A stretch of DNA of 64,000 bases from an uncultured Candidatus Saccharibacteria bacterium (GCA_964618165.1 CAZTWW010000001.1:499-64498), one strand, 5' to 3'. Counted from the first letter of the stretch, positions 1 to 10,415 are shown. Made by a program: numbers and translations. The notes: generated by a model not told the origin, from the letters alone.

Positions 1-3000
1 ATCTTATCCATACTGTCAATGGTGCAAACGAGCTCATACTCTGCGGAGTTGGTGCATGTGGTGATGCGCGACTTAAGATTAAGGCTGGCTCAACGTATCA
101 ACCGCTCACAAACAGTACTATTATTAATCTCCAAAATTACGGTCGACTAGCACTTGGTACTTCGACCTTGCGTGTAGCTGGTGCCTGGCAACAGTTAGGT
201 ACGTTTGTGACTGATACATCAACGGTAGTGTTTACCGCTACGTCTACGCCGTATACGCTCCAAAATGCGACTTCGTCGTTCTTCTTCCATAACGTGACTT
301 TTGGTGAGACGAGTGGTACTGCCACCTGGACTATCGATAAACCACTAAGTATCACTGGTACACTCAGCGTGATGCAGGGAACACTGGCGCGGGGTACTTC
401 AACGATGGCTATTGGTGGAAACCTGACGCTTGGTGCTAATGGTTTTGTGACTGGTATCGCGACGACAACATTTAATGGTACAGGCAGTAATACCTGGTCT
501 GATGCCAAGGCGAGTGCTTCAAGTACAAATGTCGGAAATGTCGTTATTGATGGTACGGCAAAAACCATTACGCTTGCAGGGAACGTGGCCGCTGAGTCAG
601 TTACTATCGGTACAGATGATACGCTTAACGCTTCAGGAAGTGGTTTTAACATTAATGTTGTTCGAGCCTGGACTAATAACAATCTTTTTGTTCCGCAGAC
701 TGGTACTGTTACTTTCATTGGGACTTCAACCGGTGTCATTGCTCGTGGCACCTCACCATTCAATAATCTTACCTTTGCGGGTGTTGGAGGAAATTGGTCA
801 TTTAGTACGTCAACTTTGGCGCTCAATGGTACACTCACAATTGCGACCGGTACGGTCACTCTACCGACTGGTACTACCACCATCGCCGGCTCTTTCCTCA
901 ACACTGGCGGGTCATTCGCACATAATAATGGTGAGGTACGTATGACAAGTGCTGTCGGCGGACGTACAATCACTCAACAGGCAGGTGTATTTACTAATGC
1001 CTTCTACGACTTAGTATTTACTGGCGGTGGTACTTGGAGTTATTCAGAAAGCGCAGCTACGACAACCCGTAATATGCTGATTCAGGCTGGTACAGTTACG
1101 CTCCCAAGTGGTCAGCTCACTGTCGGAGGTGAATTTGCAGTAACGGGTTCAGGCGCCTTTGCGCATAACAACGGTGAATTAGTGCTCCTTGTTACACAAA
1201 CCAACACACTGCGTACGAATGGTTCAGCGCTTAATAATGTTCGCACTCGTGGTGTCGGTTCGGGTTCATGGTACGGCTCAGGATGGGGAAGACGACTATC
1301 AATTACTGTACAAAGTTCGCAGGTACCAACCAACCTCTCTGACTTCCCGGTATACGTCAATCTCGCAAATCTCCCTGTTGAATTCTTTAATGGCGTCAAA
1401 GCTGATGGTGGAGATATTCGCATGACGACAAGTGACGGTGTCACTGAGGTGCCAGTAGAAGTTGTGTCGCTTAATACTGGGGCGAGAACTGGTGAATTGC
1501 ACTTTAGAGCTCCTTCGCTATCATCTACGACAAACTCAGTATTCTATATCTACTACAACAATCCAGCTGCTGCGACCAATACTGCTACTTCTACGTTTGG
1601 TCGCGCGAATGTGTGGAGTAATGGTTATGAGGCGGTGTACCACTTGGATACCAATCCTGCTTCTGCGATGCTTGACAGTACCCGCAATGCACGTAACCTG
1701 ACGCAGCTTGGTGGCATGAACAGCAGTGATGTGGTGGCTGGAGCAGTTGGAAATGGTATTGATTTTGACGGCGTTGATGATCGTCTTACTAACGCTGGCT
1801 TCGCCTGGCCAAATGCCTCTAACACCGTCACTGTGACAGCCTGGAATAATGTGACAGTGGCCGAAACAAAAGCTGCAAACCTCTTTGGATTCAATGAAAG
1901 TGGTGGTCAACGGTTTGCTACGCACGGACCATGGAGTGATTCAGTTTTGTATTGGGACTTTGGTACTGCAGGAGTACCAGGACGCGTGCAGACTGCGTAT
2001 AACTCATATCGCGATAAATGGACTCATGTCGCGCTCACTTCACCCGGTAACGGTGGAGGCAACATGAACATCTACCTCGACGGTGCATTTATTGCTGGCA
2101 GCGCTGCGAGTGATCCAACTGCCACCTTAACCGGATTTTTCCTTGGTAGCTTAGGTGCTGGACAATATCACGACGGTCGTATCGACGAATTCCGTATTGC
2201 CTCAGTTGTTCGCACCGCCGGTTGGATTGCTACTGAAGAGAATAATCAATCAAGCTCAACGGCGTTCTACACCGTGAGTGGAGAGGAGACGCAACGTATT
2301 CGCACGTTTGCTGATACAAATACAACTATCCTCGGCAATGTCGTCCTTGAAAATGGCGGTGATGCTATTTTCCCAAGTGGTGTACTGTCTGTTGGAGGTT
2401 CATTTGATAATAACGCTAACTTCACCTCAAATAATGGAACGGTGCGCTTCAATTCAATCGCTGGTAGTGAAACTATCGCTGCTGGATCATCAACCTTTGC
2501 TACCCTTGAGTTTAATGCGACTAGTGGAGACTTTGCTATTACCGAGCATGCAACAGCGACGGTAGCGGTTAATCTTGTGAATGCAGCAAGCTTTACACTC
2601 AGTAGCGGACTCTCGCTCACAGCGAGTGGCACCTTTACTCAGGTTATGTCTGGTGCAAGTACTACTTGGACTGGTTCGACGCTCCGTATCCTTGGTGCTG
2701 ATCAGACAATTCACGCTAAGACATTTGGTGGCGATGTCTACGGTACACTTGAGACCAACGGTGACACGGATGTGGCGATGTGGAACAGTAGTGCTACGAG
2801 CTATGTGACCGGTAGTACCTCATCTATCTATTCTCAAGATCATGCTGGCGTAGATGGAGACCTTAATATCTATGGTAATTATGTCCGGTCTACCGGTACT
2901 GAACACTGGTCGTGGGAGACTGACTTTGATGGTGTCTCGCTCGGCGTTGGTGCTCGTCAAGTCGATGTTCGTATTGCGACTGGTTCAACTATTGGATTTG

Positions 3001-6000
3001 TAAATGCTTCGTGGTCAATCCAAGGTACAACCTCAGCTACCACGACTGTTGCCAGTATTGCTGGAGCCTTTAGCGTGTCAGCTACTAATACTACCGTGAC
3101 CGGTCGATTCTTCAGCTTTGCCAATACGGATGCAAGTGGACTCCGACTCGTTTCATCAAGTACGGTGAGTGTGCTTGATGACGGTTTCTTCACAGTTGCT
3201 CCTGGTCAGACTGGTATTACGATGGATGGTACGACGGTCGGTACTAATCCAGCCAGACAGTTCAACCGCATTGGCTTTGCCACGACCACAGCCGGGGCTG
3301 CATCAAACGTCACCTTTACTGGTACGTCTACCACATTTGTGTGGTTCAGAAATGGTTCTGGTAATCTTTACGGAGAGGCGTTTGATGCTGGTGACTTGAA
3401 TCCGGGAGCCATTCGATTCGATGATAGTTCGTACCTCATCACGGTTTCTGGTCGTGTGCTTACCAATAATGGAAGTGGGGTACAAGGTGCACCAGTCTGT
3501 AACGGCACTACCCCAAATGTTCGTATTGTGGTTAACAATGGTTCGTTTACTGCTTCAACATCATGTAATGCTACGACGGGTGCGTATACATTTAACAACG
3601 TTGCATTCGTTGGTGATCCTGTGATCTCGGTATACCTCAATACCAATGGTGGCGTGCAGGGGAGTGTGGTGACAAAGACACCAACCGCCAACATCACAAA
3701 CCTCGATCTCTACACGAATCAGGTAATGATGCGACATGAGGGGGTCGTACCAATCGCAATTGCAGATCTTGTACAGTTTAATAATGCCTCTGACACTGAT
3801 ATGGGCTTTGTGGCAACGACGTCTCCAACAACAACACTGACGGTGTCTCCAGCACGTGGTTTGTTCATCTGGGCAAGTAGCACCTTCACGCCGGGTGGTC
3901 CAGTCACGCTCGCGGGTAATGCATCGACCAGTGCCTTTGAAGGATCACTCACGCTTGCTACTTCATCTCGCTTTATTGCTGAAGGCACGCAAACTCATAC
4001 CTTGGCTGGTCGCCTGGTGCTTGGTAGTAATGCCTCTATAACCGCTGCCTCCTCTACCTTTGTCTTTAATGCAACGACTACAGGCAAGAGTATCACCGGT
4101 TCAACAACTATAAACCTCCATAATGCATCCTTTACCGGGGTTGGTGGTGCCTGGAATATTACTGCACCGATTGTATTTACTGGTGACATGACGGTTGCAA
4201 CTGGTACCGTGACTGGTACAAGTAATCTGACCCTCACCAATGGTCAGCTTACCGGTAATGGAACACTTTCACTCGGTGGAGGTACAACTACTATTGCTCG
4301 CACTAATACACTTGGCGGTACGACACCTTGGACATTTGCGAATCTCGTCCTCGGCGATGGTTTAACGGTGGGTACAACCACCCGTGCTGCCAGCGCCACG
4401 ACGACGATTAGTGGACGCTTGACCATAGCAAATGCTCATACCCTCGCTGCTACGAGTGAAGCGTACGACTTTACTGGTACCGGTACGGTATTCCAAGTAA
4501 CTGGCACTTGGCAGCCAGGTTCAAGTCTCGTCCGCTACAGTGGAGCGAATGCTAATGTGCTCGGTACGAGCTACTATGACTTGTCTATCGGTGCGCTGGT
4601 AGGAAGTTCTACATTCACTGGTACAGGCTCTGGTATCCTCGTTGGTCGCAATCTCACCGTTGGTAACGGTACCGCGAGTAGTACCTTTAACGTGACGACA
4701 AGCGACCCAGTCGTAACCGTTCTTGGTGATGTTCTCATACAAAGTTCCTCAACATTGAGTGCGAGTGATATTGCGACCACTACAATTGCCGGTAGCTATG
4801 ACAACAACGGTCGATTCTTCGGTAATGGTGGCTTGGTGACCTTTACGGGTAGTGGATCACATACCATTGCTGCAGGCAGTTCGAGCTTGAGTCGTGTCAT
4901 CGTTGACGGTACTGGCTCGTTTACGCTGCCTGAGTCTGCTACAACAACCGTCAGTCTCATTCTCCAAAATCACAGTCTCTTTACGGTGGCAACCGGCACA
5001 ACACTCGCGGTGGCTGGCACTTTTGAGAACCGCCTTGGTGGTAGTGCCACTGTCTGGTCAGGTGCACTCTTTGCGCATGGTGGAGGCTCACTTACTATCA
5101 ATCAAAAGACTACGAGTGATGTGTACAGTACCTTGCGTGTTGCCAGTACGACTCGCGTGCGTATGTGGAATAGTACGAGTACCGTATATGATGCACAAGG
5201 CGGTATCTACTCACAAGATCATGCGGGTATTGATGGAGCGTTACGTATCTACGGTAACTTTAATGAAACCAGTGCTGCCGATCATTGGAGTTTTGAAACT
5301 GACTTCGATGGTACAACTCTTGGCACTTCTACTCGTCCAGTAACCGTAGCGTTTGCAAGCAATGCAACAGCTACCTGGAGTGGCGGTAGTCTCAGTGTTA
5401 TTGGAAGCACAAGTGCCTCTACAACCTTACAAAATCAAGGTTCCGGTACGTACCGGTTGGTGATTGGTGGCACTGCTACTGTTAACTTCAACCGGGTCGT
5501 TATCCGTGACACTACAGCTGCTGGTATCACCTTCACTGGTACTCCGACCGTGACCGATTTCTCACGTACTGACCATCTCATCAGAATCAATAGTGGTACT
5601 GCATTGACCGTAGGTGGTACGGTTATCAATGCGAACGAAGCGAAAAACTTTACGAATAATGTGTTTGCGCCTGATACCGGTGTCATTGGTGCAACGAACG
5701 TTACTGCTACTGGTACTGCAGTTAGTTCTTGGAGATTTACTAATCATACCGGCTCGATATCAGGTGAAGCATTTGATGTTGATCCAGCGGGTGATCCTGG
5801 ATACATCGTTTGGGATGATTCAGCGGCGCTGATTACCGTCAGTGGTAATGTGTACAGTGATGAGGGTGTTACCGTCTCACCAGTATGTGACGGGGTGACA
5901 AATAATATCGTTCTTCGGGTTGCTGGTTTGACTTCATATAGTACCAGTTGTAACGCGAGTACCGGTGCCTACAGCATCAGTAATGTTGCCTACAGTCCAC

Positions 6001-9000
6001 TTGATAGTCTCGTGGTCTATATTGATGGCGCGACACCAAAGGGTGCTCATGTCACGAAGTCACCAATTTCTTCAATCTCTAATCTCCACATTTACCACAG
6101 TCGAGTGATTGTCCGTCATGAAAATACCGACCCAATAACGATTGCTGATATGGCAGTATGGGATAGTAGTGATGATACAGATATTCCGTTCACTGCCGTA
6201 GATGCTGGTACTGATACATTGACGCTACCAGCTGACCGTAAGCTGATGGTGTGGACCAGTAAGACCTTTGCACCAAATGGTAATGTGACGATTTCTGGTG
6301 GCGGGGCAGGGGATGCGGTTGATGGTTCGTTTGAAGCCCTCGCTAATGCCCGTTTCCGTGGCCAAAACAGTGAGACACATACGATTGCCGGAAGCTTCGT
6401 CTTTGGTGCTGGTGCTGTCTATGAGGCTAATCAAGCAACCACAACATTCACCTCAACGGCCGCCGGACGTACTATTGATGTCAACGAGTCAGCGTTCGGG
6501 AATATCGCATTCACGGGTACTGGTTCATGGTCTATGAGTGATGCCACGCTCACGACACAACGCTCATTTACCCAGTCAGCAGGAACCGTAACGTTCGGTA
6601 GCGGCACGACCACAATCGGCGCGTCGTTCAATGCAACCGGCGGAACATTTACCATGAATGGAAGTGCACTTGTCTTTACGAGTACGAGTACCGGTAATAT
6701 TGTTCGGTTTGATGACTCAACTGTTCCAACCACCACGTTCTCGGGTGCGAGCGGTGCTTGGAGTATGACTGACACGAACGCGACGACAACCGGTAGCTTC
6801 TTTATCACCAACACCGGTGCGGTGACACTACCGAGTGGTAATCTTGGTGTGGGCGGTTCATTTGTGAACGCGAGTGGTACCGTGACGCATAATACGAGTG
6901 ACATCTATTTCACTGGTGCCGGGACACTTAGTTTGCGTGCTAATGGCTCCGACCTGTTTGCGGTTCGGAAGATTGGGGCTGGCACACTAACGATGACTGA
7001 GGGTAGTGTAACGCTCCGCGATGATCTGGCGGTAGCTTCGGGTACACTCATTGCTGCTACTAATACCTTGGCTGTCGGTGGTTCATTTACGGTAACGAAC
7101 GGCTTCTTTAATAATGCGACCGGTACGGTTCTTATGAATGCCACGACTGTTGGTAAGACGATTCAGGCCAGTACCAGTCCGTTCTATAACCTTAACTTCG
7201 GTAGCGCTTCAGGTGGCTGGACTTGGCAGAGTAATGCAACGGTTACGAATAATATGACAATTACCGCTGCAAACACCTTTACGAAAGAGTCTGGTACAAC
7301 CCTTACCGTTGGTGGTGTCTTTACCAATCTTGTTGGTGGTGCGCAAACGACCTGGAGTACTACGACGCTCCGGCTTATCGCCACCGATCCGTACACCATA
7401 AATACCAAGTCTGCTGGTGGTGATGTGTATGCTACCGTTGATATTCCATCGGCCGATATTCGAGTCTGGAATAGTAGCTTCAGTACCACTACAACGGGTC
7501 TCGGTGCATCACTCTATTCACAAGACAATGCAGCGGTTGATGGTCAGTTGGCTATCTATGGTGAGTTTACCGTTGCGACAACTACTGAACACTGGAGCTT
7601 TGCAACTGATTTTGACGGCACTGCCCTCACTGGCCCAAGTCAGCGCGCCGTATCAGTACTTTTCGCCTCAAGTGCTACCACGTCGGTTATCTCCGGTACC
7701 CTCAATGTAATTGGTGGTCCGTCGGCGACAACAACTATTGGCATTATTGGTACTGGTACCCACGCCCTCGCCGTATCAGGAGGTACCTTTAACGCCCAGT
7801 TCTACCGCTTCAATGCCCTTAATGCTACCGGCCTTTCATTCACTGGTTCTCCAACGATTACTACGTTGAGTAACGGTTTCTATCAGCTTGCGGTGAATGG
7901 CGGTACGCTTGTCCGCGTCACCGATACGGCACTTACCGCCAATGCATCAAAGATATTTACGGCAGTAGGATTTAATGCGACGAGTGGCTTGAGTGGTGTA
8001 AACGTAGCCCTCGTGGGTAGTACCAGTAATGCGTGGCGATTTAGTGGCTCGTACGGCACGCTCAGTGGTGAGGCGTTTGACGATGATGGTGTTGATGCCT
8101 GCGGCGCGATTCGCTTTGATAATAGTCTTTGTCTCCTTACCTCACAAACAGCTTTCCGTTGGCGCAGTGATGATGGGCTTGAAGGGGCGCCAAGTAGTGA
8201 ATGGTTTGATGCCTCATTTGACTACCGACAGCGTGTCCGTGTCCAAAACACAACCGGTACATCATTTAGCACAACCACACTGAAGATAGTTGTTCCGTAT
8301 GATAGTGCGATGCAATCGGACTTTGATGATATTCGCTTTACACTCGGCAATGGCTTGACCTTGGCTGATCACTGGCGAGAGCGGTTTACCGCGAGTACCG
8401 AAGCTACATTCTGGGTGGAGGTACCAAGCTTTGCGGCCTCATCTTACACGACTGTGTTTATGTATTACGGTAGTTCAACTGCAAGTTCAGCCAGCAATGC
8501 GAGTGCAAGCTTCGTCTTCGTGGATGACTTTGAAGACAATAACATTACAGAATATTCGGGCGATACTTCATTATTCCAGACTGATACGGCACCGGTATTT
8601 GCTGGTACGTATGCGCTTGAGGCATCAAATAAAACTGGTCGTACGACTGATGGTATTTACCGAACTGGTTCACTCGTCTCTCAGGGTCAAATCGTCCGCT
8701 ATATGCAGTACGTTGATACCACATCAGGTAGTACTGACGAGGGTTGTGTCATGTTTGGTGTTCAGGGTAACCAAAACCAGAATTATGGTGTGTGTCTTGA
8801 ACTCTTTGGAGTTGACCGTATCGCATTATCACGTGACGTTGACGATAATGATGTGTCAGGTACTGTCCTGGCGAGTACCACAGTGTCGTACACTACAGGT
8901 TGGTATGAGGTACAAATAGATTGGCAAACTAATAATCGTATTGATGTCTATCTCTATAATCCTTCAGGCGCATTGGTGGCTACTACCTCGGCCACCGACA

Positions 9001-10406
9001 GTAATTACACGAGCGGTGGTGTTGGGTATACGTTCTGGATCCAGAACGGTGCTTGGGATAGCTACACCGTGCGTGGTCGGGCGCCAGTGACACCGCCTGT
9101 CTTCTTTGGGGCCAAGCAGACGGATGGTGGCGCCACTTGGTTAGCAGCTCAAAATGCATCAGGTAGTGGTCTTCCTGGTTCAACTCGTCGACTCCGTATC
9201 GGTATCGAGAACTCAGGTCTCACGGTAACGGGTCAGACCTACCGTCTCCAGTATGCAGCGAAGGGTAGTGCGCTCACGTGTGAAGCTGTCAGTAGTGGTA
9301 GTTACACAGCGGTGCCAAATCAGGCGTCGTGTGGCTCGTCACCGGTTTGTATGCAGACATCAACGAATGTGACTGATGGTGGAGCGACTACAGACCTATT
9401 ATCTGGCATGAATGGGATGTACAGTGCTGGACAGACAGTTGAGAGTCCATCAAACATGACTGGTGGTATTACTATCAATCAAAATTACTACACCGAACTT
9501 GAATATGTAATTACTGCTACCGTGAATGCTTCTGACGCGTACTGCTTTAGAGTCGTGAACGACACTACACCGCTTGACTTCTATGCTGAAGTAGCAGAGC
9601 TTGGTCTAACCTTCGATCCAACTTTTGGACCAGTTGCCCTTAACAATGGTATGCCGATTGTATTAACTCCTGGAGCAACCACGACCGTGTATGCTACCGG
9701 TACAGTCACAGACTTCAATGGTGTGGCAGATCTCGTGGCGGGTACTTCAACCATCTACCGCAGCGGTGCTGGTGCGGCATGTACACCTGATAACAATAAT
9801 TGTTATGTTTCAACAGTCTCAAATGGTGGTTGTAACTTCACAAATTGTAGTGGTTCAACATGTACGCTTGAATGTCGAGCGGATATCTTCTTCCATGCTG
9901 ATCCAACCGACGACGGGGCGTATGCTGGGGAAGAGTGGCTTGCGTACCTTGAGGTGAATGACGTGAGTGGTGGGTATGACTTCGCGTCAGCGCTTGGAGT
10001 GGAACTACTCACATTGCGAGCCTTGACGGTCGATAATGGGATTAACTACGGTGCGCTTGAGCCAGCTAACAACACTGGTGCTTACAACGCAACGACAACG
10101 ATTGCTAACACTGGTAATGTAGCATTTGACATTGAAGTGGCTGGTACTGACCTCAGTGACGGTAGTTCATCGGTCATTCCTGCTACGGAGCAACGATTTG
10201 CAACTTCAACGTTCAACTATGCAGCCTGTGTCAGTTGTGCATCACTTTCAAGTACAACGCCGGTTGAACTAGCGGTCAACCTCGCAAAGCCAACAGCGCC
10301 TTCACCATTACCAGAAACGCCAATCTATTGGGGTATCGCGGTACCGCTCGGTATACGTAGTGCACCGCACTCTGGTATCAACGTCTTTACTCCAATTTCG
10401 CCGTAA
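1..10406 (+). CDS. Giant Thr/Ser-rich cell-surface protein, 5'-partial (at least 3,412 aa). It has beta-helix-like repeats, two DUF2341-like + LamG-like modules, CnaB/CarboxypepD_reg-like modules and a C-terminal WxL-like domain.
   Basis: The frame stays open from nt 3 to the listed start at 168 (a TTG) with no in-frame stop, so the gene continues upstream of the window. Residues are dominated by T/S/G/N with repeated 'NNGE...VGG.F' beta-helix-like units. A DUF2341-like segment 'GWGRRLSITVQSS..DFPVYVNL..GGDIRMT..VFYIYYNNPAA' is followed by a LamG-like segment ending 'GRIDEFRIASVVRTAGW'. The C-terminus is shared with three other proteins in the window. Stop TAA at 10404-10406. Confidence 0.9.
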   Translation, partial: LIHTVNGANELILCGVGACGDARLKIKAGSTYQPLTNSTIINLQNYGRLALGTSTLRVAGAWQQLGTFVTDTSTVVFTATSTPYTLQNATSSFFFHNVTFGETSGTATWTIDKPLSITGTLSVMQGTLARGTSTMAIGGNLTLGANGFVTGIATTTFNGTGSNTWSDAKASASSTNVGNVVIDGTAKTITLAGNVAAESVTIGTDDTLNASGSGFNINVVRAWTNNNLFVPQTGTVTFIGTSTGVIARGTSPFNNLTFAGVGGNWSFSTSTLALNGTLTIATGTVTLPTGTTTIAGSFLNTGGSFAHNNGEVRMTSAVGGRTITQQAGVFTNAFYDLVFTGGGTWSYSESAATTTRNMLIQAGTVTLPSGQLTVGGEFAVTGSGAFAHNNGELVLLVTQTNTLRTNGSALNNVRTRGVGSGSWYGSGWGRRLSITVQSSQVPTNLSDFPVYVNLANLPVEFFNGVKADGGDIRMTTSDGVTEVPVEVVSLNTGARTGELHFRAPSLSSTTNSVFYIYYNNPAAATNTATSTFGRANVWSNGYEAVYHLDTNPASAMLDSTRNARNLTQLGGMNSSDVVAGAVGNGIDFDGVDDRLTNAGFAWPNASNTVTVTAWNNVTVAETKAANLFGFNESGGQRFATHGPWSDSVLYWDFGTAGVPGRVQTAYNSYRDKWTHVALTSPGNGGGNMNIYLDGAFIAGSAASDPTATLTGFFLGSLGAGQYHDGRIDEFRIASVVRTAGWIATEENNQSSSTAFYTVSGEETQRIRTFADTNTTILGNVVLENGGDAIFPSGVLSVGGSFDNNANFTSNNGTVRFNSIAGSETIAAGSSTFATLEFNATSGDFAITEHATATVAVNLVNAASFTLSSGLSLTASGTFTQVMSGASTTWTGSTLRILGADQTIHAKTFGGDVYGTLETNGDTDVAMWNSSATSYVTGSTSSIYSQDHAGVDGDLNIYGNYVRSTGTEHWSWETDFDGVSLGVGARQVDVRIATGSTIGFVNASWSIQGTTSATTTVASIAGAFSVSATNTTVTGRFFSFANTDASGLRLVSSSTVSVLDDGFFTVAPGQTGITMDGTTVGTNPARQFNRIGFATTTAGAASNVTFTGTSTTFVWFRNGSGNLYGEAFDAGDLNPGAIRFDDSSYLITVSGRVLTNNGSGVQGAPVCNGTTPNVRIVVNNGSFTASTSCNATTGAYTFNNVAFVGDPVISVYLNTNGGVQGSVVTKTPTANITNLDLYTNQVMMRHEGVVPIAIADLVQFNNASDTDMGFVATTSPTTTLTVSPARGLFIWASSTFTPGGPVTLAGNASTSAFEGSLTLATSSRFIAEGTQTHTLAGRLVLGSNASITAASSTFVFNATTTGKSITGSTTINLHNASFTGVGGAWNITAPIVFTGDMTVATGTVTGTSNLTLTNGQLTGNGTLSLGGGTTTIARTNTLGGTTPWTFANLVLGDGLTVGTTTRAASATTTISGRLTIANAHTLAATSEAYDFTGTGTVFQVTGTWQPGSSLVRYSGANANVLGTSYYDLSIGALVGSSTFTGTGSGILVGRNLTVGNGTASSTFNVTTSDPVVTVLGDVLIQSSSTLSASDIATTTIAGSYDNNGRFFGNGGLVTFTGSGSHTIAAGSSSLSRVIVDGTGSFTLPESATTTVSLILQNHSLFTVATGTTLAVAGTFENRLGGSATVWSGALFAHGGGSLTINQKTTSDVYSTLRVASTTRVRMWNSTSTVYDAQGGIYSQDHAGIDGALRIYGNFNETSAADHWSFETDFDGTTLGTSTRPVTVAFASNATATWSGGSLSVIGSTSASTTLQNQGSGTYRLVIGGTATVNFNRVVIRDTTAAGITFTGTPTVTDFSRTDHLIRINSGTALTVGGTVINANEAKNFTNNVFAPDTGVIGATNVTATGTAVSSWRFTNHTGSISGEAFDVDPAGDPGYIVWDDSAALITVSGNVYSDEGVTVSPVCDGVTNNIVLRVAGLTSYSTSCNASTGAYSISNVAYSPLDSLVVYIDGATPKGAHVTKSPISSISNLHIYHSRVIVRHENTDPITIADMAVWDSSDDTDIPFTAVDAGTDTLTLPADRKLMVWTSKTFAPNGNVTISGGGAGDAVDGSFEALANARFRGQNSETHTIAGSFVFGAGAVYEANQATTTFTSTAAGRTIDVNESAFGNIAFTGTGSWSMSDATLTTQRSFTQSAGTVTFGSGTTTIGASFNATGGTFTMNGSALVFTSTSTGNIVRFDDSTVPTTTFSGASGAWSMTDTNATTTGSFFITNTGAVTLPSGNLGVGGSFVNASGTVTHNTSDIYFTGAGTLSLRANGSDLFAVRKIGAGTLTMTEGSVTLRDDLAVASGTLIAATNTLAVGGSFTVTNGFFNNATGTVLMNATTVGKTIQASTSPFYNLNFGSASGGWTWQSNATVTNNMTITAANTFTKESGTTLTVGGVFTNLVGGAQTTWSTTTLRLIATDPYTINTKSAGGDVYATVDIPSADIRVWNSSFSTTTTGLGASLYSQDNAAVDGQLAIYGEFTVATTTEHWSFATDFDGTALTGPSQRAVSVLFASSATTSVISGTLNVIGGPSATTTIGIIGTGTHALAVSGGTFNAQFYRFNALNATGLSFTGSPTITTLSNGFYQLAVNGGTLVRVTDTALTANASKIFTAVGFNATSGLSGVNVALVGSTSNAWRFSGSYGTLSGEAFDDDGVDACGAIRFDNSLCLLTSQTAFRWRSDDGLEGAPSSEWFDASFDYRQRVRVQNTTGTSFSTTTLKIVVPYDSAMQSDFDDIRFTLGNGLTLADHWRERFTASTEATFWVEVPSFAASSYTTVFMYYGSSTASSASNASASFVFVDDFEDNNITEYSGDTSLFQTDTAPVFAGTYALEASNKTGRTTDGIYRTGSLVSQGQIVRYMQYVDTTSGSTDEGCVMFGVQGNQNQNYGVCLELFGVDRIALSRDVDDNDVSGTVLASTTVSYTTGWYEVQIDWQTNNRIDVYLYNPSGALVATTSATDSNYTSGGVGYTFWIQNGAWDSYTVRGRAPVTPPVFFGAKQTDGGATWLAAQNASGSGLPGSTRRLRIGIENSGLTVTGQTYRLQYAAKGSALTCEAVSSGSYTAVPNQASCGSSPVCMQTSTNVTDGGATTDLLSGMNGMYSAGQTVESPSNMTGGITINQNYYTELEYVITATVNASDAYCFRVVNDTTPLDFYAEVAELGLTFDPTFGPVALNNGMPIVLTPGATTTVYATGTVTDFNGVADLVAGTSTIYRSGAGAACTPDNNNCYVSTVSNGGCNFTNCSGSTCTLECRADIFFHADPTDDGAYAGEEWLAYLEVNDVSGGYDFASALGVELLTLRALTVDNGINYGALEPANNTGAYNATTTIANTGNVAFDIEVAGTDLSDGSSSVIPATEQRFATSTFNYAACVSCASLSSTTPVELAVNLAKPTAPSPLPETPIYWGIAVPLGIRSAPHSGINVFTPISP
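1264..2270 (+). other. DUF2341-like domain followed by LamG/concanavalin A-like lectin domain (copy 1) inside the giant protein
   Basis: The translated motif is W.GSGWGRRLSI....DFPVYVNL....DGGDIRMT....YIYYNNP, then LDSTRNARNLTQ...GIDFDGVDDRLT...IYLDG...DGRIDEFRIAS. The order matches the known DUF2341 - LamG_3 architecture. Confidence 0.55.
2830..7620 (+). repeat. Three tandem super-repeats of about 2.35 kb (about 790 aa) within the giant ORF
   Basis: The near-identical motif 'HAG[VI]DG.L.IYGN...EHWS[WF]ETDFDG' recurs at nt ~2833, ~5218 and ~7510. CnaB-like segments 'GEAFD..D...I.[FW]DDS..LITVSG.V....GV...PVC.G.T.N' recur at ~3360, ~5760 and ~8070. Confidence 0.7.
8150..9100 (+). other. Second DUF2341-like + LamG-like module inside the giant protein
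   Basis: WRSDDG...WFDASFDYRQRVRVQNTTG...DFDDIRFT...TVFMYYGSS, then FVDDFEDNN...VFAGTYALEA...WYEVQIDW (a jelly-roll-like segment). Confidence 0.45.
9960..10403 (+). other. Shared WxL-like C-terminal domain (copy in the giant protein)
   Basis: The segment ...INYGALEPANNTG...NTGNVAFDIEVAG...IPATEQRFATSTFNYAA...ETPIYWGIAVPLG...SGINVFTPISP aligns with the C-termini of the ORFs ending at 16585, 20845 and 32970. Confidence 0.6.
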
Positions 10407-10415
10407 GAGAGTGCT

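Noticed and set aside
2830-9600. Periodic repeats that might be mistaken for a CRISPR array or tandem DNA repeats
   Set aside because: The repeats have a period of 2.3 kb, are protein-coding and imperfect at the DNA level. No short 28-37-nt direct repeats with unique spacers occur anywhere in the window.
137-10012. Dozens of ORFs of 60-280 aa on both strands nested inside the giant gene (e.g. 137-973 minus, 475-945 plus, 6431-6904 minus)
   Set aside because: They are wholly contained in the 10-kb ORF, whose repeat and domain structure is coherent in the main frame. Their translations are low-complexity or V/P/T-rich, typical of antisense or off-frame reads of repetitive DNA.
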